64,000 bases of DNA from Phoronis australis (GCA_002633005.1 NMRA01000030.1:1231957-1295956); one strand, 5' to 3'. Positions 1-13,524 are shown, counted from the first letter of the stretch. Made by a program: numbers and translations. Notes: a model not told the origin generated them from the sequence alone.

Positions 1-1099
1 ACAAAACAAAAAAATATTTTGCTTGATGAATTTGTAGTAATATTGGTCTCTGTCTCAAATGTAGTGGCAGTAGTTTTTACCTACCTGTGATTGATCCTCA
101 CAGTGTGACTGCTTTTTATGAACTTCTACGCTTATTTTAAGATCCTTTTATGTAGAATCATGAGCAGTGATTGGAAATATAAAAATGGAAATATTGCCTG
201 TGTTCTGTAATTTATGTATCTTGAAAATTCAAATGTTGCGCAGATTTCAGTATCTCACATTTTGAAGATTCTTGAATTGGAGTTTTTAGCAAAGCAAAAT
301 ACTTACTCTTCCAATTACGTGCTGTTTAAAACAGGAAGCGTCAAATGAAATTTTAGCTCTACGGTAAAGAAGACGCTTTCCAATTTCAAACAAAAACTAT
401 TGCCAACATGACCATTCCTCTATTTTTCAAAGGCTGAACCACTGTATTAAGGATGATGAAAATGTTTCTATGTTTTAAAGTGTACACAACATGACTCTAG
501 TACCTCAAAATAAATTTTATTATTATATCTTACTTGATTTCAGTGCCTTTAGTGCACAGCTCATAAAGAAACACGCAAAAATTGAAAAAAATAATAATTA
601 TGTACAACGTCATGGGTTGAANCTCTTCCAATTACGTGCTGTTTAAAACAGGAAGCGTCAAATGAAATTTTAGCTCTACGGTAAAGAAGACGCTTTCCAA
701 TTTCAAACAAAAACTATTGCCAACATGACCATTCCTCTATTTTTCAAAGGCTGAACCACTGTATTAAGGATGATGAAAATGTTTCTATGTTTTAAATTGT
801 TTGAAGGCAGCTGCACAGTGCAATCAATGCTAATAATGATGCTCATTTCTCGTAATGCTTATTTTTGTTACTGAGCACTGAGACAAAATGAAATTTCAGT
901 TGTTGGACATACTGTGTGCTTAGGTGAAGAGCATTTTGGTTATCTATTTCAGTTAAATAGGATTACTGTAGCAAGGTGTTTAGATAAAACGGTGTTTAGG
1001 TTGTCAAAACTTTTTTAATTTAGGTAGGGTGCAGGCTTGCAGAGATATTTTTTTAACTTTGTCTTTGCCATTAAAGTTGGGCTAAAAATTTGTTTTTCC

Positions 1100-2225
1100 T
1101 GGTTAACTCATGGAAGACATTGAACGGTTTGTATGCAAGCTGTACAGGTGTCATCAACAGTTAATAAAGCACGCCACCACATATTCAGGTTGAAATCTGT
1201 GATCTGCCTCCCCATCATCATTGTTTGCTGCTACATGCTAAAAGAGCAAACTGCCAGTGTGCCATTCAAACAGGAACGTTGCAACAGCATGTCAGTGCAC
1301 CATCTCCAGTTGCTAATGGGTGGCTTTTGGAGCGGGGTAGTCTGATGTTCCACTGGATGACTCGGCCTTCAGCCCCAGAAAATGCCATGAGAAATGTTTT
1401 TAATGGCAAGTGTAAAAGAAGTGGTTATAGTAAAAAAGGTGCTCTTGTTTGAAGTCAGGCATACCATGCTCTAAGTTGCATGAATGTCCAGACTACGTGT
1501 GAGCACGGTGTCTCAGTAAAAAAACAAGTTTTGATGACAATAATGATGATATAAATGATGATGGAGTGGATGAAGAAACGTAGTAAGTGTATGCTATGTT
1601 GTTAAAGAACTTTAAATTCTCACCCTTATGGAAAATATGGACAACATTTTTTTCATGCTCATGACTGACACTGCTCGGTGTGTCTCTCCCTGTGACAGTT
1701 GAGGGATAATGTTAATTAATTATGACAATTAATGAAATTGATGACAGAAAATTTGTTGCAGAAGCATTGGAAATGTATGGTGTTCACATGTAGGTTGTGA
1801 TGTCAAACCTTTATCAAGTTCCAAATGGTTAACAGTATTATAGTTCTTTTTGTAGCTCAGAGTATAGTAGTATGTTTTCTGGCCAACAGGAGGCGCTGCT
1901 AAAATGATACTTTTTCTCTTTTTTGAGCAATTTTCCAACTAATGTCATAATATTTATCACTTTCCTTGGTCAATAACTTCAAATGAACAAAACCCAATCA
2001 GATTATCATTCAGTTTTTGTCTAGTGTTGTTGGTTTTCTGTGTCAAATTTTGCAAAAGTCAGATTTTTGGGGTTCAGTTTCTCGAAAACGTGGAAGTCAA
2101 ACCTTGGGAACTTTTTAGATTCTTAAAGTATACTACTTAATGACCTTAAAAACACCAAAATTATCTTGCCCCCAAAAACTGGCCTCGGAAGTGATTTTCT
2201 AGGCTTCCTAGAGTCGAATGGACTA
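1100..2225 (+). mobile_element. 3' end of a decayed Academ (AcademX-like) DNA transposon
   Basis: Frameshifted peptide HAKRANCQ...SAPSPVANGW...HWMTRPSAPE...CKCKRS...CSCLKSGIPC (1225-1500) matches the post-XPG region and Cys-rich finger of Academ proteins. The sequence ends ...gtcgaatggacta, i.e. a 5'-TAG terminus on the opposite strand. The left limit is undefined. Confidence 0.55.
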
Positions 2226-2829
2226 TGGCCTAAAACCCATTTTTGTTGTTGCACTGGAAATGTCTGTCAACCTGCCTGCAAATAAATGTGTTGTTATATT
2301 TCCTTGAACCACATTGTCTTTAAGAAGTTGTCATTCGCAGGCCAAGTACCACTCTGTAGCTGATTCGGTGCGCGCTTTTAGTCCAGTGACCGATGTTTTG
2401 ATGCTCTGTTGCGCACGCGCTGTTTCGTTTGGGGAAAGACATGACAGAACATCTCATGAAATAGGCGCAACGTTGCTTTGAAGTGACGGGCGGGTTTGTT
2501 TGATGTCTCAGAGGCAGGCAAGAAGTCGCCAGTAACGCCACTTGTTAGGAGGAGCTAACACGTACGTCCAATAATCAGTGATGCCACGTTTCTAAGATGT
2601 TCTCATAACGTGACAAGAATCTCACTGTGACAGTCGAGCGTTAAATTCTCAGTGGTCAACCAAAGGGTGAGCGTTTTTAGGTGGTCTGTTAATTTCATAT
2701 TTTGCCTCAACACAGTTAGTGTTTGAAATCATCTATCACATACGAATGTACGAAGGTCATAATTATTGACAATGTTCACCGCTGCCATACAGCTTTGTTT
2801 TATTACTTATGTTTTCAAAATGTTTTCAG

Positions 2830-5400
2830 GTACAGAATGAAGCCCTCCGATTTAGAAAAACAGAAAAAGCTTCCAAAAAAGAGAAGACGCCACAAAGGAT
2901 ACATTCACTCACTTTCGCGTGAGCAATACGACACAACCACGCAGTTAGCGTCAGGGACTTGTAGGGTGTCTGTAAAGCAGCGCACAACCGAACAGAACAC
3001 TGCAAAAGTACGGTTTTATAGAAATAAAGACTACTTCATTGTAAAAGACGGTAAATTGTATTATAAAATGAAAGAAGTCATTGCAAAGGATAGAATCTCG
3101 TAAATTGTAAGTGCACAATTCCACCAAAACTTTGGCAGTGGAGCAAGAGCTATTTCTCATCAACTGAAGGACGCGTATGCCTACATTTCCCGGGACACTA
3201 TCAGAAACTGTTTGTCCAAGTCAAAACGATACCAAAAGGCTTACGCAAAGTTTAATAATCGTGTTTCCCCTACACCTGTAACTGCTAAGGCTAGGAACGA
3301 GAGATGGCAAGTGGACTTAATTAATACGAGTAACGTTCGCGTAAATTACGAGGGTAAAGTTTATCAGTGGATTTTGTCTGTTATTGACGTTTTTTCACGA
3401 TTCTTGATACTCCGACCACTGATTGATAAAAGCAGTTCTGGTGTGAAAAAAGAGCTCCGAACAATCATTGCAGATCATGGATCACCAAAACTTATTCAGT
3501 GTGATACTGAACAGAGTTCAAGGTGGTTGTAGACACGTTTATGAAAAAAAGAAAAATACATGTCATCCGAAGCAGAGCGTACAACCCACAGTCACAAAGA
3601 AAGTGCGAGGTCAGCCACGTTGGAGTGCGGCGAAAAATTCAGTATAAGATGAGTAAAAAACCGGGGTTTAACTGGGCCAAAAGTTTACACCAAATACAAG
3701 AAGCCATAAACACCGTTCCAAAAGAAGTACTTGGACTCCAGAAACCAGTCGACGTTTTCCATAATGCAGATTGCTCTGTGCTGAGAAAAGCCCGTGTTGC
3801 GTCGGCGGAATGTGCTAAGTTAATGATACAACGTCACTCGAAGGGAATTTAGAACCCTGTTTACCAAGTTGGAGAAAAAGTCCTCGTTAGTCACAGGAAT
3901 CGGATACCCACAAGAAGATTCGTGTTGGAGGGCAAAGTTGAACAAAGAGATCTCGTAAAAGAAAAATAGTACGTGCGGTTCGCGAGACCTGGTAAACGTT
4001 GCAATGCTGTCGAATGATTTTCAGCAATGGATGTCACGAGTACGACTTCTTCTAAACAAAGTCTTCGGAAAAAGAAGTCTCAAGATGTGCGTCATGAAAT
4101 TCTTGTGAAGCAGAAGCACAGACAGAGGTATTTCGTGATGAAGAAACACAAGGACAGTCAGTGACTTGCTCCAGGCTCATCATGGCGTCCGAGTGTTTCT
4201 AGACCCCTGTGAAGCCGCAGGGAGTTGTCAGTTTGAAGTCTTAGCCCATCAACTTCTTAGGATATCTGTTCACCGCACACCTTTGGTGTTACGGCAAGAA
4301 GCAGTGAGTTACATTCGTGAGCACTGTACTGTCTTTAAAGATTTCATTGCTGGGCTGTCAGACGATTACACGAGATCTATGTTAAAGACTACTACCTATG
4401 GTGACCATCTTACACTTTTAGCATTGTGCTGTCGTTACAACATGCAGGTGTTAATAGTGTCAAGTAGAGGTCCAACCAAATCCACCATTGTGTCAACCAC
4501 TGGACGATAAGAATTTACCATTGTTCACTTTGGGTTATTTCCCAGAGGGTGAAGGGGAGCATTATCTTTCTATTACCGTTCAGGACAGTGCTGTAAACTT
4601 ACTTTTACAATCAATCGTACAAGGCGAGGACATAAATGAGAATTATGCGGAGCAACCGGAAAGAGATGTCGGTGAAAATAGTAGTGACGAGGTGATATAC
4701 GTGGAAAATACAGATACCGGTACACAAGAGGAAGAAAATAAAGAAAACGAGTCTTTTGTTGAGGTCGTTGTCGATAGAGAGGCGTACGCGAGTGATGACG
4801 AGAGAGATAATGCCGGTAATACAGAAGAGATAGAAAACGAAGAACTCTGCGGAGAGAGCATCACTGCCGGTTTTTAGGCGGCCGGTGAAGGCAGGAAAAT
4901 GATGAGCGGCATAACAGAAAATGTCAGGGTACAAATACTCCCTCCCCAGCTGCTGGAAAAGATCGTTATTGAATGTTTGCATGCAAATGTAAAAATGCAC
5001 TTTCGCTGTCGTTAGTGAGTACGGCGTTCTGTTACATTGTCCAAAACACTTTGACCAATGCAACAGGCCTACTTGTGACCCTGAAATGTATCGATCATTG
5101 TATCCTGTGTACATCCGACATGAAGTAGCCGACAAACTCGATGTTGGAAACTGGCACACTGATCTATCTGTTCAGCGGATTTTCATAACAGCTGGAAAAC
5201 ACAGCGGTCTAAGCAAAGTAATACGAAATATGTTGTTCCGCAATAAAAAGTGATGGCATGCATGGTTGTCGATTGGTCTTGCGATCAGCTGCGGACAAGG
5301 CTGGTACCACATAAGAAAGATATACTGGAAATGAACGTCTGCTGTGGTCTTCATCAGCTGGGTCAAGACCAGTTGACAAAAATGGGACTTTACAGTCTAC
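2830..5400 (+). mobile_element. Decayed Ginger2/KRBA2-type DDE integrase transposon ORF with C-terminal OTU protease domain
   Basis: rve motifs RWQVDLI...WILSVIDVFSRF...HGSPKLIQCD (3212-3510) and SRAYNPQSQRKCE (3570-3610). OTU motifs AAGSCQF...LRQEAV...YGDHLTL...GEHYLS (4200-4575). Multiple stops and frameshifts; termini not resolved. Confidence 0.75.
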
Positions 5401-6895
5401 ATTACCCAAAATATTTTAGACTTGATATCAGTGTTCCAGTAAGTATTTATCAATTAAGTTTGAAGAGATAGCATGTCGTGTACTGTTTAAGGAATTTTGA
5501 GTTTTAGTTAGTTCGGAGTGCCTCTTCAATAGCGTTCCAGTAGGCAAGTGGAATTCTTTGTACAAAAACGATACCCACATGTCACATCTTTGATTTTTTG
5601 CGTTTTTTTGGTAAGTGGTTATTTTGAAATATAGATCTGTGGTGAACTTTATGCTTTGTTTAATTTTTTTGCTCAAATAAACACGTTTCCATAAATTGAA
5701 CTTCAGTAATGTTTTCTGTTGACGTTTACATGTACGTGTACGTCTACAATTAATTTATGCGACATCGATCTTTGTTGCTGTATGACGCTTTTTCACGAGT
5801 ATGTGTACAGTGTAGGCAAATAATTCCTAATCATTTACAGTAGATCTCATTGATCACAATAACGTAGAGGGCACTTGAAACACTTTCTTTCGAACGCAGC
5901 ACGTCAGGGGTTATAGTTTAGCTCACAGGACGAGTGTTCGTGTAGGTTATGTGCATTTCGTTTTAATTCACTTCGCTATGAAGGCGTACATGTACATCTA
6001 CACGGCAGAATCCCTTCGAGAATACAAAAGTGGTTAAAAACACGTCATTGTTGACTGTTATCTAGCGAGTTTGCATCAAGTACAGTAGCCAAACTTCCAC
6101 TCCACCATTGTACAGAAATCAAGATCTCCATTGCCCTGCAGTAACAACGAAATCGCGTCAAGTTCTTCAACCCAAGAACTCGAATTCCTGAAAAGCGTAA
6201 AACTGGCAAAAATCTGCACATTAGTTTGCAGTTCTTAATTGGGCAGTGCCAAAAGAGAAAATCGGGCCATCATATATATACATGTATGTTCAACTTCGAA
6301 GACTGCGATACTGAAATTAAGTAAAACTAACCCTGAATGCAATAGGTCATCTTTATATTCACGCGAGCGCCGGAAAGGAATGAGCCAGGCTGTGGAAACC
6401 ATCCACAAACAAGCATTGAGAATGTCCTTATCATTTTATCTTACCCTAGTATACATTTGCACTACGTGTACTCAGTCACAACCGTTTATGAATTTTGTGA
6501 ACTGAACGAACCTAACTGCAAGCTGCTTGAACTGCAGTTTGTGTTCTGAATCGTGAACCAAATTAGTGAAAAGTGAAAATATGACCGGATTTAAAATCTT
6601 AATCAAGAGATCATCCATAGCAACAGATGCTTTAACATTTCACTTTTGATTATGAAGACTAGTTTCATCATGGAGCCTCATCAAATGAAAATCGGGGTTT
6701 GTAGATCACAACAAGAAATATTTTTGCGTTGGCTGTGATACATGAAGCATGGACTGAAGGCCTCAATTTTCAGGACGTGGCAGCAGAACTGTTGGTAAAT
6801 TGAACTTCTGTGAAGTTTGAATATGCGTTCTAAACAAAAAACCCACTTTTAATATTTACCGATTGCCTTTCAAGTGTACCGATTCAACACATCTG

Positions 6896-7296
6896 GGCCC
6901 GGTCTCCAATCTTTTTACTCGAAATGGAACTCGAAATTAGGTTTGGCATTTTCTACTCTACTTTTGGGCGAACTCAAGATAAGTGTCTATTATTCTATGC
7001 CCGAGTACACAATAACTTACGTAGATAATTTATTGCCCTTAATTCACAGTTTGTAAACACAATATTAAAGCAATAAGTTCGAGTTTGAACTCGAAATTTC
7101 GAGTTTTTACTCGAGTTTGTAGCACAAATATAAGGGTCTTCAAGGGCAAACTTGAACTAGAAACTCCTATGCATAGACTATAATGTATTCGAGCACAGTC
7201 TGATAATCAATTATCTTAAGTTCGCACAAAAGGAGCAGAGAAATTGTCAAAAATAGTTTCGAGTTCGTTTCGAGTACAAAGACTAGAGACCGGGCC
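6896..7296. mobile_element. PIF/Harbinger-type MITE
   Basis: TIRs GGCCCGGTCTC...GAGACCGGGCC extend imperfectly for ~45 bp, and CTG is duplicated on both sides (CWG TSD). Confidence 0.75.
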
Positions 7297-7415
7297 CTGG
7301 TTTATGACGTTTGAGTGTGATAGTAAGAAAAATTAAACAAAGAAAACCTTGTTACCTGATCCTGGAAGCTCTTTCGTCTGGAGTTGAAACTGTACCGATT
7401 ACATTTTTGACCATA

Positions 7416-7608
7416 CAGCGGCGGATCTACGTGGTTTAAGGGAGTTTAACTCACCGGGACAGGATCTAAGTATAAATTTATAAACGTCGCCAGGAAAACA
7501 AAATCGGTAACAAAAACCCGCTCCACACCTCCCCCTACTGGGGGGCTGAACACCTCGTATAAGCGCGAATCCTAATCCCCCTTTACTGAAAACGTAGATC
7601 TGCCACTG
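7416..7608. mobile_element. Short MITE, CAG(T/C)GGCGGATCT family (hAT-like)
   Basis: TIR cagcggcggatctacg / cgtagatctgccactg. Related ends occur at ~53180-53338, ~57139, ~58688 and ~61550. Confidence 0.6.
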
Positions 7609-8822
7609 CTATATCAATAAACTATTCATGTTAAGAAACAATGGAAACCACATAGGGACACATCTATTAATTCGAGCTGCCACATTTGACAGAATTCCAT
7701 TTAAACAACGCGGGAATGAAGGCGCTAATTGTGTGAACCGTTTTCCTCCGAGTGACAAATATGAAAACTCGTGAAATATGACGTCGCTTTCGTAAAATGT
7801 AACAATGGAACATTTCTCGCATGTGCATCCGACGTAAATTGTAACAATTACATAAAATGTTACAACTTGTTACATTTTAGGAGAGGCGTACCGACGTAAA
7901 ATGTAATTGTTACATTTTACGGCGTATCAGAGCTCATGTGACGTACAAATCAATTTCTCATTGGATATAACGAATACAGTTGTAAAACATAAGCGAAATC
8001 ACGGTCGTAAATTATGAGCGTAATTACGGGCGACACGATTTGGATTCCTCGCCTAATGGTTGCCAATGGATTTACTGTTGAAAGCGTGCAATGGAGAGCA
8101 AGCTGTGGGTAAGGAATTTACAGTCTCAAAATTAAAATGTTCACTTATCAAAATCAGAGTGTTTTTCAGATTTATGTTTAAAGTTTTCATTTGCTACCTA
8201 GAATATTGCTGTTCTTATTTTACAGTACGACTATTCAGAACAGATTCGAACTCCTCAGGGAGCATCTTACTGCCACAGTTTAGTGACACGGAAATCCCAC
8301 CTGACCTCACAACTTTCATCGATTGGTTGGAGCGGTCTTTCGCTCCAAATATAGTGCAAACGATGAAAAGTAAAAGCTACCCATGTCGAGAGTTTAAAGA
8401 GTGTCTCGAGTGAACTATACGCTACGCAATCACGAAACCTCTATTGTTCTACTCTCAATCAAGTTGAAATCTGGGAATCTGAATCATTTCTTAAAGCACC
8501 ATTTTCACTCTCCAGTGCTCACGTACGACTTTCGACACCCCTGTTTAAGCTACGAAGTCGTATACAAAAATTGCAGTGAATAGATACGCTTACACACCCA
8601 CAGAATTGAAGAGAAAAGTATCACTGCTATCTAAAACCATTATACAAACTGCTCCATGTTCTATCACAAGCAAAATGGTAAATACCATATCTAATCGCAG
8701 ACATGAGAAAATAACCGGAAGTCCCCTAGTATATGGCAATGAAATCTTGTGAAATCGCCTGTCATAAAGGACAATCTGTGGTGAAAACAATACTAAGACA
8801 GTACTTAGGCGTATACAAGTAC

Positions 8823-8955
8823 CTGTCATCTTCGGGGTGCTGGTTATGACTAGGGGATGCCACTCGTGGAGAGCCAGATTTGGGAACTTGGCGAAGACAT
8901 AATCACCACACATAAAAGTAAAATCCTTTGGACGCTTCAGAACCAAATGAGTAAC
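8823..8955 (-). CDS. NOX5: NOX5-like NADPH oxidase exon (FAD-binding domain start)
   Basis: ttacaag|VTHLVLKRPKDFTFMCGDYVFAKFPNLALHEWHPLVITSTPKMT G|gtactt aligns to NOX5 VTHLLIKRP..F.YRPGDY...EWHPFTISSAP. The phase 0 acceptor matches the upstream exon. Confidence 0.9.
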
Positions 8956-9227
8956 CTTGTAAATAAAAGGTAAAGCATTCTTTGTACATCAATACTGTTT
9001 GATCTCACGTAATAATCATGTTTTTAATTCCAGCACAGGTAACTCAAACCAAGCTCGACAGCGGATGCTACAAGGCCGATGTAGGCCTCCTTTAAATCTT
9101 GAACCCGGCCTTCTTTAAATCTTGACCACGACCTCCTTTTAAGGAGTCCTTGTCCTCAAACAAACACAAAACTTAGTCAGGATTTCTTTTTCACCCGAGT
9201 ATTAGGCATTAGTTGAAGCACGCTTGT

Positions 9228-10620
9228 GTAGCAATTCCTGATAAAGCCTGTGGAACCAAAAAGTTCTACTTGACTCGTCGCAGAATTGGTTGAAATTTTA
9301 CCAGTGGATTGATATTCACCTCAAGCGACACCAACCACCATAATATACTAATTAACTTAACCGTCTGTTTTTATACACCCATGGAATTTTTACTTGAAGC
9401 ATGCAAGCAATTTCGGCTTAAAATGACTTCTTTTGGTAACAGGACTAATTCGTTTAAGGACTGATATTTGATACTGTGCAGGCATTTATAATAGTCACCT
9501 CCAGTCCAAAATATCGTTTTCAAAGAAATGAAATAACCTGCTTTCGTGGTGGCACTCGTTTTGTCATACCACCTAATTCAAGTGCCCAAATTCAAAGAAA
9601 GTTATTGCTAAGGATACAGCAAGCTGTAACAAAATGACTCTTGAAAGTTGTAGTCAATGAATAAAAGTTACAAAATAAAGGTAAAAAATTTGGTATTTCT
9701 TGATTTCATGCATAGAAGTTCAACTGAAAATGCCCATTTTTGGTTGTCAAGTGTTAAATACTTATTGTAATTGCTCAGTAATATAAAATACAAATATACA
9801 CTGAAAGGTTTTAATTGGCAGTAGAAATATTAAGCGTGTAGAATTATCTTGGTTACACTTCCCTTGCGGTCAGACTGCTTGGTGGCATCAGAGTTGTCAT
9901 CAGACTCTATAGTGCTACAGTAGAACTTACAGTTCATGGAAATATGATTGCTACAGCGCGTCGTTTTAGAAGATATTCTCCATGAAAATATCCAGATGAA
10001 GATGTTTTAATCAAAGTGGGACGCTGCTTAAAATGTGTAGCAGAGTATGTACAATCGACCTGTATTTTGAGTGAACCTGTTTTTTAATATGAACTCACCC
10101 TGGCTAGAGTTTGCGTGTTTGGAATGTTGCTCGGAGCACAGATGCACAATATTGCCATCTAGTGTGGGAAACTGCATTAGACGACCTTGCAAAGCAGTGA
10201 GTGTCTGCCCCGAATGCATTTGAAGCAGATCCATTTCCATCGGCTTCTTATGAAAAGAGATAAACACTTGCCCTAATGAAATTGAGTCTAGTTGGGCACC
10301 ACACAAAAGCAAATGGAGCTTTAAATTTTTGCTCATAACGTAGAAGCGCTACATACGGAAAGTTTACAGCTGGACAAAGAACTGGTGTCTAGGATAACCC
10401 TGTAATCGTCGTAGTCGTTAACAGTCTAGACAAAAAACTTTTCAAATGAGATGACAGGCTAAAAAGGCCCAGATCATTAGCCTCTGTTCCTGCACGACTG
10501 CCTCATTCAAAGCTGTCTTCGGGATGGAGACTCGCAAACGGTGGAGGGAAAAAATTAAGATCCAAACTATTGCACAAAGTTGCCCTACCACCAAATGTTT
10601 TGATGCAGGCACAAGAACTA
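9228..10620 (+). repeat. Dispersed ~1.3-kb intronic repeat, copy 1
   Basis: Shares blocks (cagaattggttgaaattttaccagtggatt; cacctccagtccaaaa; ttttaatcaaagtggga; aaatgagatgac.ggctaaaaaggcccagatc) with 19467-20710 (+) and 21100-22835 (-). Confidence 0.75.
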
Positions 10621-10622
10621 TT

Positions 10623-12943
10623 AACAGCTTATTATTTAAAATGACTTATTCTTACTAAAATGACATAGGCAGAAAATTGAATTTTGGGCCTCTAAAGCGA
10701 GTCCCATCTATATTAATATAGAGGCCTCGCCAAAAGCCGGCCGGAGAGCGGGGCCATCTATATTAATATAGAGGCCTCGCCGAAAGGTCGTCGAAAAGCG
10801 GGGTAACCTATATTAATATGAAAGGCCCCGCTTTTCGACCACCTTTAGGTGGGGCCCTCAATATTAATATCGGTGGCCCTCTCTTCGGCCACCTTTCGGC
10901 GGGGACCCTAACTTTTGTTACCTGTTTGCTAGGTTAAGAATTTTGAGTCAACTACATGTTTTAACACAAATCTGTGGAAAGGCGGAAGGATCATTGATTG
11001 CGCTTATCCAAAAATGCACTTAAATACAGGTGATCATTTTTGCTCATTTTTTTACAATTGCCAGTGTTCAGTGCCTTGTTTTCTAACTTCCGAGAATGTT
11101 ACACACTCGCAAATGCGTGGTTATGTACAGGTAGGTCTACTGATGAATGCATTAATCAGCTGATCAAAAAAGTCATAAAGCAAAAAAGGGAATTAGAAAC
11201 ACAATAACAACAAGAGGAGCGCTTCACATTCCTGTCCAACTCCTACCTTGCCATTGTTTTGAGTTGTGTGTGTGTAAATGGCCATGTGGCACTTAACATC
11301 TTTCTCAGGGTCAGTTGTGCAGTGTCAAAAGTAAATGTCTCAGCAGGACAATCCAATACCAGTATAACATATTTTTGAAAAGCATTGAGAAAAATTTGGT
11401 CATCCTGCATTTTCAGTCAGAATGCTGTTTTGTGAAAAATACACTGATAGGGAAAAGTCCTTATTCACCAAAATTTCTATACTTAAGATGCTGTGTCACG
11501 GTTTTAATGAGCCATAGCATCTTTACGCTTAAAACGTGTCTGGAGTTAAACCATAACTGACGATCATTAATTTTTAATTGTAAAGGTAATTTCACTGTTT
11601 ATCACCTGATCGATTATAACTGTTTTCCTGACCTGTCGATATTCATCTTGCAGCTGATTATTGGAAGAAAAAATTCACTCTTGGCCTCACGACAACAGAC
11701 TGGTGAGAGAGCTCGTAACAGCGCAAGATCAGGTGATGAGGGTGCATTGTAGTGGGGTCACTAAGCTTAGTTTGGTTTTTCTTTGGTCACTGCGGCTTTT
11801 TTGCACATTTTTCCCCGAGATCGAGTAAAAATGTGCTCCTTATTAGCAACGTACTTTAGTTTTTCCTTAACTGCGGCTTTTTTGCACATTTTTCGCCGAG
11901 TTCGAGCAAAAATATATTACTTTTTAGCAACGTACTTGAGTTTTTCCTTGTTATCTGCGGCTTTTTTGCACATTTTTCGCCGAGATCGAGTAAAAATGTG
12001 CTCCTTTACTTGTTCATTTGTTAACTGTTTTTGTACATAGTAAAATGTACGTTTTGAGGCATTTTGTAAATATAACAGAAAACTCAGTGAAAGTAACTTA
12101 TGAAACAGTGACTATATTTGTACACGAAATAAAAGGATGTATGGAGTAAATAATTGAATTGTAGTATGCATAAGTCACCTTTGCACTTGTCTAATATGAC
12201 CAGTCCTAAAGCATCTTCCCTTGACTGACCTTCCTTCCTCTGATGTCACTAGGAATTTGTAAAATATTGAAAGCACTGTTTGTTGTTTGATTGTGGGAAT
12301 CACAAGTTTTGGATGGAATTTCATTTTCTTAAGAAATATGAAATGTAGGTAAAAGCCTATATTTGAAGGCTGCCAAAAGGCGGCCGGAGAGCGGGGCCCC
12401 TATATTAATAGAGAGGGCCCCGCTTTTCGACCACCTTTCGGCGAGGCCCCCTATATTAATATAGGGGCCTCGATCACCGGCCGCCTGTCGGCGAGGCCCT
12501 CCTATAATAATATAGGAAGGCCCCGCCGACAGGCGGCCGGAGAGTGGGGCCTACTATATTAATATAGCAGGCCTCGCCGAAAGGTGGTCGAAAAGCGGGG
12601 CCCTCGCTATTAATATAGGGGCTTCGCTCTCCGGCCGCCTTTCGGCGGGGCCGCCAATATTAATATAGCGGCCCCGCTTTTTGACCACCTGTCGGTGAGG
12701 CCTCTGTATTAACATAAAGGGCCCCGATTTTCGATCGCCTTTCAGCGAGGTCCCCTATAATAGCATTTGGGACCTCGCTGAAAGGCAGGAGTTTCCGATA
12801 ATAATATAGGGTTACCGCCGGAAGGCAGCCTATGAGCGAGGTTCACCATATCAATATAGGCGGCCTCGCTTTTTTGGCACAAAATTCAATTTCCTGCCTA
12901 TGTCATTTTAATAAGAATAAGTCATTTTAAATAATAAGATGTT
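10623..12943. mobile_element. Non-autonomous foldback DNA element with ~64-bp TIRs, TATT TSD and GC/AT subterminal repeat arrays
   Basis: aacagcttattatttaaaatgacttattctt...aattgaattttg at 10623 is inverted at ~12880-12943. TATT flanks both ends. Subterminal ~44-bp units lie at 10690-10910 and 12370-12870, and three ~83-bp tandem units at 11770-12005. Confidence 0.8.
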
Positions 12944-13524
12944 TATTACGTTGGTGCGCATGCTCAAATAAATGGATGTAACGTTTTATACAAGAAGACA
13001 TGTTTTACTTTCTCGCTTATTATGTGAGAATTATCTAACAAAGACAGCTTTTTGGTTGCACCCTAATCCAGAAAATCCATATCATAAGCAGTCATTGACA
13101 ACTGTCTTCAGGCAAAAACGTGTTATCGCTGAACTAACTACACAACTCTCAGAAAAAGTCAAAAACAAGAGACGATTTCATCACCCAAACCCAACCCTGT
13201 TCAAAGGTAAAATTTAAATGTTTAATAATTACATGGAACACTCTGATATAGTGTATTTTTGGAACTGATCTGAGTAGCATAGTGTTCTACAAGCAGACCT
13301 CGTAGCATGATTATAATTGCGTTTTGTAATTTGTTGAGAGACCAAAGTCGCCCCTCCGAAACTTCCACAATCATCCCCCTTTCACTCCTGTCCCTTACCA
13401 TTAGCACTTTTGCCCCATCACTACGAATTTGCAGTAAATGTTGTTACCAGACTACATAGAGAAATTACTAAGTTACAGAAGGTGGTGGGCAAACGGTTTG
13501 TCCCCCTTCTTATGATGGATCGTT

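Noticed and set aside
306-797. Exact 174-bp direct duplication (306-479 and 623-797)
   Set aside because: The second copy starts right after a single N at 622, so this is most likely a contig-join overlap artefact.
2320-6238. TTAAGAA.T inverted ends as termini of the integrase-OTU element
   Set aside because: Only ~8 bp match and they do not extend, which is insufficient.
12370-12870. CRISPR-like array of palindromic repeats
   Set aside because: The spacers are near-identical AT palindromes, there are no cas genes, and the context is a eukaryotic TIR element.
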